Positions 50,480 through 63,078 of a stretch of 64,000 bases of DNA are shown here, one piece after another. Numbering within the stretch: the first letter of the stretch is position 1; each line of letters opens with the position of its first letter. Below the pieces are notes generated by a model, which saw only the letters and a list, made by a program, of their open reading frames with translations, was not told the DNA's origin and made no database searches. Origin of the DNA: Hemiscyllium ocellatum (Eukaryota); contig NC_083432.1 in NCBI RefSeq assembly GCF_020745735.1, positions 32,326,533 through 32,390,532 of the forward strand, given 5' to 3'. The position numbers were made by a program, and so were the translations under genes.

Positions 50480-53400
50480 AGTTCAGGAAGACAGCATACC
50501 ATTGCTGCCTCCAGGGCAATTAGGGATTGGAAATAAATGTTGGTGCCCACATCTCATAATTGAATTATGGAAATCTGCTCTTTACATTTCTAACTAATGC
50601 AGCTGTGGCAGTAAAGAAAAGTGTGGAAAGGAATAATTGTGGAAGTTACGATAAGCAAAAGCATATTGTATAGTCAAGCCCATTTGCACTAAACCACCTC
50701 TTGTCTTGTATTAGCATTTATGGAGCTTTATTGTTCCTTTTTGTTGTCAACATTTTCTTACCTATTCATTCCAGTATACCTCCCATTTAATGTACCTGTT
50801 CATGATTTCCACCCTTGTTCATCTGCAATTATCAGCCTTTAGTGCCAGACTTTATGTCTAGATTTTCCTTTGCTATCACAAGTCTATTTGCCCTGTTCTC
50901 AATGACGTTCCATGAGTATCTTGTTTCTCTCCCTTTTAAGGAATAAATTTCAAGCTTGTGTCTCTGAGACATTTAATGGCATCCCTGAGATCAGTTTCAT
51001 AGCCTTTTTATTTATGCATTTTTAACATATTTTGTCGGCTTGCTTGCCATTATTTCTTTTAAACGGAATGATAGTCATCTTCACAGGATGAATACATGTG
51101 GCTGAGACCACTGACCATCCAAGAATAAAACCACAGTAGCACCCACACCTCCACTTTATCCGACAGATTACTGAATAATTCTAGTGATTTTTTTTCTTTC
51201 ACCTCTCTCCCTGTAAGTCATCCCAACCCTGTACAAACATCACAGACCAAGTTTCATGCTTTGCTATAAAAATAGAATAAGGTTAAAATGTTGAGTTCTG
51301 AGCTATGTTCCTAGGCCAAATAACAGTTAGGTTAACTGATCAGTTTCTGCTTTAACTTGTACTATAACTAAAGCTGAAGGAGTGCACTTTCTCCCTACCC
51401 CCATTACTCCATGGATCACGTTATAAAGTAAAACAAATTTCCGAGTTATTTAAAATAGTCAGTTAAATACATTGTCTATTATCATGATTAAACAAAGAGT
51501 TATTAACCAGGTTTCTTTAATAAAATACTTACTGAGTTACTATCTGCAGAGGTTTGGGTTATAAATTAAACATATTTTGGACAACGGGTTAATAACTGTA
51601 GGATATAGGATCATGCACAGTTTTCTCTGGGATCACAGCTAGCAGAGTTCTCAGGAAATGCGTACTGAGAAGCTCCTCTGGAAAATAAAAGCAAATAAAT
51701 TCCAACTGAAACTCAACAAGAGAGGTTTTCTTTTCAGAAATGGGAGTGATCAGCTGGGCAGCACATGCACAATTAGGTACAGAGAGACTCCAAGCGAGTC
51801 ATCACTCAAAACCATCCCAACAGGGACCTGTAATATACCAAACACTTAATCACCAGTCAAGTGATTTTGATGGAAACCTGTTCTTAAAAAAGTCTGTAGT
51901 GTGTAGAGTGATATTTTAACCATGTTAAAGATGCCACCCAAAAACTGGATATAAAACCATTTTTCCACAATCCTTCAAAAGTCAATTCCTCCAAGAAATA
52001 TGAAATATTGAGTGTTTTACAAAACGTGACAGTAAAGTTTTATGGCCATCAATAGATGGAGTCTGTTTATCGCCAAATAATGAATAGTGCATTATAAGGT
52101 ATCTTCTGTAAAACATGACATTATCTGACTAACCAAAAACTATATTGTTTGTGATGCACTGTGAGACAATAAAACTTTTGCATACAGCACTTAATATTTT
52201 ACAACACTGAAAGTACCCACATTTGCTACCATGTAGTTCATGAAATATTTTATTGATTGGCTCAAAGCAAAACAGAACAAGTCATAACTTGACTCATTAA
52301 AGAATACTAATATCATGGAGAAAAATGGGAAAAGGTTTGCTTTAAATCAAGGACTATAGAAGGAGATGCTGAAGTTTTAAAATTAATTACTAAAACTCAT
52401 TTTGAATTTCTTGATAATGCCACTTTGCATGTTTATAGCAGGTAGATGTAGGAGACTTATTGGCATGTGTTCACAGGGACAGATTGGTCTTTCAATCAAC
52501 AGTCAGGTCAGGAAATATCAGCATGAAACAATTCTCTGGCTCTTATGCAGGTGAACAACGGAGCAGCAGAAAGCCTGTAAACTCTAAAAACATCTCTCGC
52601 TCCGTTTCTCTCTAGCACCACGCTCCCCCCCCAACCCACCCCCCACCGACTCCCCTTCCCCTTGAAGATAAGTACAAATTGGAAGTTGGCTGATTATTCT
52701 AACTCACCATTTGCCTGTAATTGTCTACCTTTGGTCAGTGGCTGAATGACTGAATAATCAGCGTGCCAACTCTCCTTTTCAGTAAAGAACTGAAAAGACT
52801 GGAAACAAAGATGATTGGGGATCAAAAAGGCTTAGAGAAAGCAAAAGTATACCTCACCGAATCTTGTGGGCTGGTGCTATTGAACTGTGTTCCCCTAATT
52901 TTTTTCTTCATCCATGATATGTGTTTCTTTGTTTGTCTGTCAGCATATGTATACAGGAGTTTAAGATGGATAGAGTTTAATTAAAGTTACAAGTTGATAA
53001 TTCATATTTTGTTTGCCTATTGTTAGACTTGATTTACTTGTAATAATTAGCAATTCCTTGTTAAATATAGAAACCTAGTCATTGTTTTTGATTAGCCTGA
53101 GTTTATCTGACAGGAAAATTGGGGTCTTTGAGTAATTTGATTAAATCTTTAATTCTGTGATGGTCCCAGGAGTAAGTGGGGTATATGTATCAGCAAACTT
53201 TCCGAAGGATCGTGACCCTATTCCCTGCTGCTCTAGACTGCATTGAGGAACAAAATGTTCCCTAAGCTGTAGGCGAAAGCTTTAATGCTTAAAGCATACA
53301 TATTGCATTTAATGCATTGATTAATTTTCTGAAGTCATAATTAATGCCCTAGAAATGTTTAGTGGGGGCTAGGGGGCAATTAAGTCTTCATATCATAGAT

Positions 53401-55600
53401 TAACAAGTCTGGATGAAAATTCAAACCCGTGCTACTCTGACATTTCTATTTAAAGCAGAATTTACTTAAGTAAGTCAAAAAACTAAAACCTTTGCCAGAA
53501 TCTTACTGTTGAATATCCTATTCTCTAGTTCGAACTGATGTGAATGAAGACTTGAAAACTGCAGTTTAGAATGAGAACCTTAGGCATTGAGTTCAAAGCC
53601 AACAATCAGTCATTGCTGGCTCTCAGAGTCCTGAATGATGTGGACTTGTCAATCCTTCCCAATGTAAAGCTATCTATACTTCAGTACAATATAGTAGTTG
53701 GATTTGTAGTGACATGTGACTATTAATGAAATTATACTCTTTCATAACTAGCTGAGAATAATGAGATTCAGAGAGTTCCAGAGATAAGAGGGATAACAGA
53801 AATAAAGCACTTAAGCCACAGCTATTTATTTTGTTGATAACTGGACTTGTTTTCCTTGTTGTGAAGGGATCATATTACATGTGAATGCTGTAAAGATAAT
53901 GCATATTCTGAACTTGCATTTTTTTTTGTGACTAAGATGCTGTGCATAGATTGGAATTTTGTTCCCATTGATTTGAACTAAACTAAATACTGACTTGCTT
54001 TGCTTTAGATTTGTCCACTCTAAGCACTTGAAGTCTATCTAACAGCGACACTGAAAGCATAGTGAGATATTTCAAGTCAGGATGATCAAAGACTTGGAGG
54101 GGAATTTGGGAATTTGAGAGCAAACTTAGGAAGTACTGTACATTTTCATGCAAAGGGTAGTAGAAACCGATAATTCAGTGCCCTAAAAACTGGCTGTTGG
54201 GACAGTTGGAGGTTTTTGACATAAATTGATTGTTTTGTTGGGTCAGAGATCAAAGCAGGTAAATGGAGTTGAGATACATATCAGCTCTGAACTAATTGAT
54301 TTGTGAGCTGGTTTGAGGGACATGAAAGTTGATACTTTTTTTTGTTTTGTTAACCGAGTAGAGTACAGAGTGTTATTCAAAGCCAAGCACACTGTTAGGA
54401 GTTGGTGCCAAGTTAGATCATTATTAAATTACCAAACAGTCCCATATGTTCCAGTCCCTTTTTTTAGATTAACTTGGTACATGACACTAGGGAAACTCCT
54501 GATTATATGTAAATGTAATGGAATGACTGGTAGCTAACAACTTCTGCTTTTAAAATGTTTTGATATCATTCCAGGCATCCAGTATGATCATATGATGGCA
54601 GTATTTGCAAACAAATTCCAATGCTTTGTTCACAATGCATGATTGAACAAAATGGGCTGTTTTGACAGTTGGCTTCAGATGTAGTGGGTGAAACTGGCAA
54701 CCTACCAAGATATTAGATAGGCATTTTTTTTAAAAAATCATTAACATCTTCCAAATTAAGCCTCATTAAAGTATAACTTGCAAAATTTTGTGTAGATTAT
54801 CTTATTGAATTGTAACAAAACTGATCAATCTCTTTGGTGTGTGAGACAAGTGGAGACCTTTGTTTCAAGGAAGTGTGTTGTTGGTAGGCATTGTCCTCCA
54901 CTTTAACCAAAAGGCTGAGGCAGTAGTTCACTAAAACAAGTGGAACAAGGCAATGAGCCAATTTGATTGAAACAGTAAGCTATGTGCTAGGACAGTTTAG
55001 TACAGCGCCTGCAGCTCTGGTTTCCACTCACCTGTATCCTGACAACTAGTTCCAAAGCTGAGCTGTGAGGCATCAGAGAGATGAAGGATGTAGCTCAGCG
55101 GACTTCCCCTTGGAAGGGGCAGGCAAGAAGGAAGGGGCTGTGAGCTTGCTCACCTTCAAGCATGTTATAGGGATAAGGTTCCTCACAAGCTGAAAAAGTA
55201 GTGCCGAATAGGAAGGCAAGAATATCTCTTGCCTAATACTCTGACAAACTAACATCAAGCTGTACTTTAACGCCTCATCATCACCATCACATGACAATGA
55301 TTCAGTCAGCAGCAGCATTATACCGTTAGATCTAGAATTCCACAAACAAGGAAAGACAGCTGATCAGATTTGTTTAGAGGACCACAACAGTAATGTTGCC
55401 CATGGCTTGATAAATGCCAGCTCCACCATCTGGATATTTCAATTAACATTTGAGGCATTTGTTGCATGATCAAAATGGGCAGTGTTAAATTGGAATAAGG
55501 TAATTCCAAGCAGCTTGAACCACAAGTAGTATAAACATCTATACTTGTTAGTAACTTGCAAAGTAGTATTATGTTTTACTGGACAAATAGATTTGTTTTA

Positions 55601-55735
55601 ATTCCTGATGAAGGGCTTTTGCCCGAAACGTCGATTTTCCTGCTCCTTGGATGCTGCCTGACCTGCTGTGCTTTTCCAGCACCACTCTAATCTAGACTCC
55701 AGTTTCCAGCATCTGCAGCCCTTGTTTTTACCTAC
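55601..55735 (+). mobile_element. Family A element with intact minimal HHR core and 13-bp TSD
   Basis: CTGATGA(55605)-A-GGGC-TTTT-GCCC-GAAA-C-GTC(55632); TAGATTTGTTTTA at 55588-55600 and 55736-55748. Confidence 0.9.
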
Positions 55736-58700
55736 TAGATTTGTTTTAGTGGTGAGTATAGGGTTTTCACAAAAATGATAAACTCTTACAGAAATGGGAT
55801 CTTTATCAAACATTTAATTCTGACCACTGAAATGTGGTATTGTATGGAACATTACACAGAGAAATAGCACCTTCATAGAAATTCCCTGTTATGTGTTTTA
55901 TCCAGTTGTGCCTTTACTAAGTAATGTCAGAATTGTGATTGTTGCAGAGGAACCCCTACATTAATGGTATTGGCACTGAACCAACAAAACCTTTAACAAA
56001 ATCAACACAACAATTTTTTTTAGGAATTGCAAGTTAGGAAACGACGCAATTGCTAACTGAAATTTATGAAGTGATTTACCTTTTCTTTTTAGTCAATCTT
56101 ATCAGCTTTTCTGTAACTCAACGGTGCTTAGGACTTGGCCCCTTTACCTTGATATGTTAGTTATGTAAATATAGCAGGAGAAAATTATCATTTAACTTTC
56201 ATTTTCACACACACAATGTTTGTAATCCGCACTTCTCTTACAGCTGAAGGGGCCCTTTCTGCTTGCAGTGTCACTAGTAATGTCCAAAATCAGGTAATTA
56301 AATTTGAATATTAATAAGGGAATAAAGTACTCAACTTAAAGATTCCAGAAGGTTATGACATTTGAGGGTTATCTAGATTCGGATTACAGGCGCGAGAATT
56401 TCCTATGGTGTCCAATTTGCACTCACTTTGGTATAAAAATGGTACCAGTGCTGCTGCCTCTTATCTTGGAAAAGAAAACTCCATAAACTTATGTGGGTTA
56501 GCAATCAATCCCACTTATTGAACATAGAGTTCTCTGATCTTGACAATACTGTTGTGATGTGCTGCTATGTACCACAGTGAGGTGCTGCAGCCAGCCTGAA
56601 GAGTGAGCTTCTAGTTTTGAATATTTCTCAACACTTTGGCAAAAGTGGGGTTAAATACTCAGTTTAGACTGTGTTGTGACTGTGCTGCCTTCTGATTGGG
56701 GCTTGCAACACCTCCATATATTATAGGTTATGATTGGCTACTTATATTGTGGCAAACCAATAGTAAAGTTGTATATATGACTTCCTCTTTTTCTTTGAGT
56801 CACCCGTTACACAATCATATTTTTAACACATATTTTGTTGAATGCTTCCCCTCCCCCATCCATGCAGCCCATCCCCCCCACAACAATACCATTTTCATAT
56901 TAACAGCGATATAAAATACATAACTTAGTGAAAACGACAGCTGAAGTCACAACAAATAGGTAAGTAGCATACAAGAGAGTCAGTGAAAAGTGGAATACAC
57001 AATAGAAAGAAGCAAGAATTCTTGCAAAGAAAGAGAAAGCAATAATCAATATATATCAAGCAAACATTTCAAGCTTTAAGTAATCAGAACCCATTGAAAA
57101 GCTGTCTGCTTTGAGCTTAAAACCTAAATAACTTAATTCCCCAGCCTTGACCAAAATCTCCGATGGTTCAGTATAATTTCTTGACCCCAATATTAACTCA
57201 TTACCTTAGAGGAAAGGTTACTCCCCAAGCTTTAGATTTGATGGAATAGCCTGAATGTAACCAGTATGACTGCTATTTCATATAATTGAGAAAAATTAAC
57301 AACTTCGGTCTTTGCTCAGACTTATTTTTGTTTCATATGGTTCTTAACCAATCAATGAAAGGTCATTCACATCATATTGTTAGATATTTTGTGACATAGC
57401 CAGTGAGTCCAAGACATGAGTTTGATAGTCAGTTGATAGTGACAGTTCGTTGAAATATTGACTTATCCTCTTTAAAACAAACAAACAACCTGGATGCTAA
57501 AGTGGAGCAGAACCAGCAGGTAAAATTGCACCTTGAATTCTGACATTTTGCAATCAAAAGTTCAACAACCAAAAATATTCATATCTTATTAAAAGAAAAC
57601 ACGAATAAGCAACAAAAATTGATTTCTAATTTGAAAGAAAGGCTTTTACTATATCATACACACTGATTTTCTTTTTTAGCAGCCTCACCAATAAATGGAG
57701 TGTCTGCTGTAAGAGCCTATTTCACTTGCTTTTGTTCAGAGTTTCCAAACTTCTCTCTATTATAGAAGAAAACACAAAATTAATACTGCAATAAAAGCTG
57801 GATTGTATGGGACCTTCATGCAAACTCGGAATGTCATGGAGCAGGAGTTGGAAACAGGGCAAGTTGTTATACTTTGCATGATGGATCATTTGTGTTCATG
57901 TTTTCTGAATCCTTAGTGCTGTTACAAGACATGATTCACCCTCGTGAGGCTCTGCTCATAAGCTTGCCCATTGGCCCTCCTTTGGGTCAAAATTGAGATA
58001 TTTCTAAGCAGTTGCCTTGGGAAAGACCTTTAACTGCACTAATTTTGCGATGAGCAAACTGTGGGGCCAGGTTTTGTTAGGCAAAGAGTGCTTGAAGAGG
58101 AGGAGCGCAGTTAAATCTGCTTCCAGGGATTACATGACAGCCCCATGATGTGACATGGATATCCTTAGACCATTAGAAGAGAGGGTCTAAAATGGCCTTT
58201 AATTAGCTGCTTCAAGGTGTCAAAATGGCAAAACTCATGTGGAGGTAGGTAGGCAATAAGCCAATCACCTGTCTCCCCTTCCCCTCCCTCCCCCACCCCA
58301 TTACCGAAATGCCACCTGATTTAAAAACCCTACCTCCTACCCCATTCTGAAGGGGTGAAAATTGGGTCTAGGTATACCATCAGGTTTGCATTTTTATGGA
58401 AAAGGGATCAAAATGAAACACTTTCAAGGAATAGTTTGTTCGTGAATAATTAGGTTAATTGGAGTTGAAATTTGAAGCTCAATCAAGCCAGTACAATTTG
58501 GCCAGATTTTGGTGTGCATGGGTAAAACATTATTTAGGTTCAAATGTGCCATCAGCCAGGGCATCATTCAAATTCTTAAACAGCATTCTGCATTCCAGCA
58601 ACTTGGTAACATGTGTTAGTTTGCTGGTATGTTAACCAGCGAGGAACAACATCCGTAGTTAATTTGTTCAGGGACTCCTCTCAGTTCCATAGTTATATCC

Positions 58701-58904
58701 CCCATTTTTCGGGAGGGTCACTTAGAGATTGGTAGATGGCCATGTTTTAGTTTATTGCCACTTGATGCAGGGAGTCCTCAATCTGAGAAAAAGTGAATGA
58801 CTGCCTGTTGAGTGCAGACTCACCGACTGAGGTAATAGTATAGCACATTTCTGTACAAAGGTGCTGAACCATCAGCCCTTCATAACAGTATCACAAGTGT
58901 AATG

Positions 58905-59100
58905 TTGCCATAGTCTTACTGGACGTAGGGCTGCTCTCTCATTAGGGAGAAACTGGTGGTGGTTTCACCTGATGGTCATCTCTATTCCAGCAAGGGGAGA
59001 GATTGAGAAGAAAACTCCTTCATAGTAAGCTTAGCTAATGATGGGAATTGAACCCACATTGTTGGCATCACTCAGAATCACAGACCAACTAACTGAGCTA
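58905..59100 (-). mobile_element. Old tRNA-derived SINE (different family)
   Basis: Minus strand tagctcagttagttgg (A box) and gggttcaattccc (B box), followed by a body unlike the V-SINE copies. Confidence 0.7.
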
Positions 59101-59119
59101 AATAAGTCTATCTACACTC

Positions 59120-59225
59120 AGGACTGTAGCAATTGAAGAAGGTACTCACCACCACCTTTCTTGAGGGGAAATTCAGGTTGGGGCAGTCAATGCTGACCTA
59201 GCCAGCAATTCCCACATTTTTTTAT
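59120..59225 (+). mobile_element. 3' tail fragment of the SINE-headed LINE family (another at ~61520-61610 minus)
   Basis: Matches 15297-15400 (ggactg..gaagaag..ctcaccaccacc..gccagc..cccacat). Confidence 0.7.
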
Positions 59226-59614
59226 TTAAACCCAACAGTGCTGAAAATAAGCATTATCAAACCAAATCAGACATAACATTTATTTTATTCTAGAAAAATC
59301 CCTCTGCTGCTGAATTAAGTAATCCATTCTCTTTGCATATCAAATTTTACTTCTGCCTGTCTATTATGGAGTCTTTAATGAATGCTTTTTACACCTCCAT
59401 CTGTAAATGTTACAACATTGACCTGTGGGAGAACTAGCCATCACTAATGAAAAAAGGTAATGATTATTAATTTCCCAGCAGCAAAATATCTGCATGTTTA
59501 AAATGGTGTCTTTGAAATGTCTCTCATGTTCTTTATCCTTCCCACTGCCTTCAATGTAGCTTCTTTCTTTACTGCTCAAATTCAGTCTCGAGATCTTATT
59601 GCTGCTTCCTCCCA

Positions 59615-59840
59615 GTTTCTGCTAGCAACAGTGCTAAGCCAATCACTGCAATCTGAATGCTGAATTCAGTTTGAGCTGAGCTGATTGTGCACCTGGGAAT
59701 TGTAGTTCCCTGTTCAATTTTTGAAAATAATGTGAAAAAAAACACTACAACTCCCATAATTCAATTTCAGTGTGACAACTGATGCACCAACATGCACTGC
59801 TGGGCTATGGCACACTGAGAAATTGTACAAGATGGAGAAC
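59615..59840. promoter_or_regulatory. Orphan promoter-like motif cluster
   Basis: RFX-like gtttctgctagcaac, CCAAT at 59639, ACTACAATTCCCAG on minus at 59693-59706, ACTACAACTCCCA on plus at 59744-59756, YY1-like CAAGATGGAG at 59828. Confidence 0.5.
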
Positions 59841-60049
59841 TAAGTGGATTGATGAAAGGTTCATCTGGAGAGATTTGGAAAGGAAGAGTATTTAGTTTTA
59901 AAAGTTAACAGTATTTCAATTGAGAGGTTCTGAGGACATCTTAAACAATAGAGCTGCATAAATATTAAATCCTGCATTAGATTAAATATTTTGATTTAAC
60001 ATTGCTGCTAGCCATTTGTTATTTTCTATTATCGTTTTAAAAATTGTCA

Positions 60050-60167
60050 GAAGTCACATGTCAGATGAAGTCAGCAGTACTCCAGAAGCTTGTGGTTTCA
60101 AATAAACCTGTTGGACTATAACCTGGTGTCACGTCCACCCTAATCGAACACTGGCACCTCCACATCA
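60050..60167 (+). mobile_element. Family B HHR element, decayed
   Basis: cagatgaag..cagtactcc-agaagctt core, then aaataaacctgttggactataacctggtgtc. Confidence 0.7.
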
Positions 60168-60314
60168 TTTAAAAAATACGTTTCGGTCTTGTTCCTCAGT
60201 GACTTTGCACAGCAAAAAATCACATACTATAGCAGAACTGGCACTGCAGGTGTTAGGCATTCTGTGTCGCTCTGTTAATTGAAATCTTATAGACCATTGT
60301 CATTACTAGATAGA

Positions 60315-60550
60315 TTGAATATCAAATGTCTTTTCCCTCGGGTGGGGGAATTCAGACCTAGAAGGCATAATTTTAAGATGAGAGGAGAAAGATTTAGAAG
60401 GGATCCAAGGAGCAAGTTTTTACACAGAGGATAGTTTGCGTGTGGAATGAACTACCAGAGGAAGTGATAGATGTAAGTATAGTTACAACATTTCCAAGAC
60501 ATTGGAATAAACAGGATGAATAGGTAAGGTTTAGAGGGATAAGGGCCCAT
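60315..60550 (+). mobile_element. CR1 3' fragment
   Basis: Matches 17330-17525 (gtgtggaatgaactaccagaggaagtg). Confidence 0.8.
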
Positions 60551-62385
60551 GACTCTATAACTATACTGCTGCCCAATGTTAAAGTCACCACTCAAACAAA
60601 GGGCTGAGACTTAGAATATCCTGCCAGTGTCGACTAGTATGCACCTACACCTTTATTGGAGATCCAAGGAACTGAAAGGGCAAGAAAAGATTAACCTTGT
60701 TGCACAATAAGGTTTAAGATGGAAGTTTTTTCTGTCAACTTTTGTGCCCCTTGCACACTGGAAAATTGCTTGTTTATTTTTTAAAAAACAGGGTGTGGTT
60801 TTATTTATTAGGACATTTGTTGTTTGTGATGTACAATATATATGTTTGGATTTGTTAGAGGGTGAAGGGTTGGGAAAAGAAAGTACGCTCAAGATCACTG
60901 CATATGATTGTGGTGTTGCCAGTGCAAAATATAACATCAAACAAATTAGAGCTGGTACAGTCCTCCAAAGAATACAGCAAAGGTGGTTCTGTAATAATAA
61001 AGGGTGTGCTCGGTCAAAATGCATGATATAGTGGTTATGTCAGTGCCAGCATATTGGATGAAATTCACAAGGCTTCACAGTTTGGAAAGTTTGTTATGGT
61101 CTGCAACATACAACGATAGGCCATGTGGCCTGTAAAGATTCTGTGGTATAATATAAGTCAGGATCAGCTTTATAACGCGAGGCATATGTATATGATTGTT
61201 GAAACTGAGATGATATAAAATGACAAAAATCTAAGTACCATATCAGCCCAATGTGCCTGCACTGTAGATAGCTTCACAGTGAAGCTGTTACAGTTGTCTC
61301 AATCTCCTGCTCTTTAATCAGGAGAATCAATAGCTTCCTTACATGTGGTTCAGCTTATAATTTCACAAACTTCTCTTCTCATTTGAGTTGGTCTCTGTAG
61401 TTACTTACGGTATTGGATTTTATCATTCAATTATACTTTTAAGTTTAAAAATCTTTTAATATCACCTTTTATGCTTCAGAAGTTAACCTGGGCTGTGTGT
61501 ATATGTGGGATTTTCCTTTTATAATCATTCTGGGGATGTGTGTGTCCCTGATTGGGCCGATCTTTATTGCCCGTCCATAACGGCCTTTGAGAAGGTGATG
61601 GTGAGCTGAGGATGTACAAGTCTTAGTGATTTTTGAGAGGAAAGCCTAGCTGCTAACCTTAAAAACAATTATAAACATTGACCAACTATTTCAACAAAGT
61701 GATACTCTAAAACAGCCAACAACAATGTATATTTATATAGTGCTTTTAATACCAGATAACTAGAAAGTAGTCTACCTCTGCAGAGCTGCATTTAATGGCT
61801 AAAGACCTAGCTGTTATGACCAGCTGCTGGGTAAGATTCCCCAAATTTTTGTGGTTTCGGATGGATACCCCAAATTATTAATCTCCTCGTAAGAAAGGAT
61901 GCATATGGTCACAGCAAGGTTACTTTAAAAAGAATGTCTCCTTTATGGATGCCTTTCTCCCAACCAAATGAATTTGTTTAACCAAATTAACCAGGTTTTC
62001 CTGCATTTCTTTTTTAAAAAATGTGTTAATTAGAAACTAAACATGAACAGACGTAACAACACATACACAGATTAGAAATAAGTTAAAATTTATAATGGCT
62101 AGTGTCTCTAGGTTGTTCAAGAAGAGTAGATAGTGGAAAGTTGATCATTGAACAGTTGTTTCTGTGATTTAATGGCTTTTAAAATGAGTTGAAATGGTTT
62201 TGTTGACAGTGCTTAGCTAGCAGCACTCCAAGCAAGAGTATCCTTCCGTTGTACTGGCTTGTTAGCTGGCCAACTTCCAGCACTCTGGATAAGAAACCCA
62301 TTTTACCTGCAATGCAGGGATGACGAGTAGGTGGTTCTTAAACCTTAAGCTTCAGCAAATACTAGCACTTGAACCCAGTATAGTA

Positions 62386-63078
62386 CAGGCAATTCACATA
62401 TAAGACGTGTTTCGGCAGCATAATTTGGCTATAATGTCGTTGAAGAATTAGAAAACGGTATTTTCAAGAATGGTTCCCTCTGTTCAAAATAGCACACTTC
62501 CAGCAGCGATCATTTCACACGCTTCATTCTGTACCAATGTCAGCTGCCGTAAGAGCATGCGAGAGGTATAGTACTATACATTGAACAGCTTCATCTCAAA
62601 AATTAAACTAATTAATATTCATTGCTCTCCGCCTGAGACAAGAATATTCTTGTATAATTCCTGTACAAGCCCTGAATAATTCCTGCAGGACTGCATTACT
62701 CTTATACATACCATTTGCCTTTCTAATTTGTTCTTCTACCTGCATATCACACAATCTAAATCAACTCCCCAGAGACAATCAGCTACAGCCATCCATTACT
62801 GCAACCACAACTGCACCTGATGATGACCCTCTGTCCTTGCGTTAGCAATATTTTTTCAGTGTAGTGTGTTAAATTCACTTTTGTTTCATTAATAAATACA
62901 ATTTAAACCTTCATTCAGGATGTGCTATACTTTGTGTTAGGCTTTTGGGAGATTTTTGAGTGATTGTGAGTGATATTTTTTGCTGGTCTGCCCATAGCCC
63001 ACTTTCCCCTAGGCCCCATTATTTCTATTAAGTGAGGTTTTGCTGGAATGCAATACAGCATTATAGGAGAACTACCTG
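62386..63078. mobile_element. Non-autonomous Tc1/mariner (pogo/Tigger-like) DNA transposon
   Basis: TA|CAGGCAATTCACATATAA ... TTATAGGAGAACTACCTG|TA: imperfect terminal inverted repeats with TA TSD. Confidence 0.7.

Larger units (their letters stand above)
42690..50570 (+). mobile_element. Second, more decayed copy of the SINE-headed LINE (pieces 42690-43210 and 48610-50570) hosting nested insertions
   Basis: Colinear with 11620-12250 (actccagatccacag...ccctctgaagtgccctagcaag; GDFNVHNQEWL) and with 13450-15400 (LGPTISSCFISD; tail gggcaattaggga...aataaatgttgg). Confidence 0.8.

Noticed and set aside
51300-53220. LTR-like stretches (also ~1130-1980 and ~61810-62380)
   Set aside because: Look repeat-derived, but termini and TSDs could not be defined
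55086-55160. ggatgtagctcagcgg resembling a tRNA 5' end
   Set aside because: No B box, cloverleaf or acceptor stem
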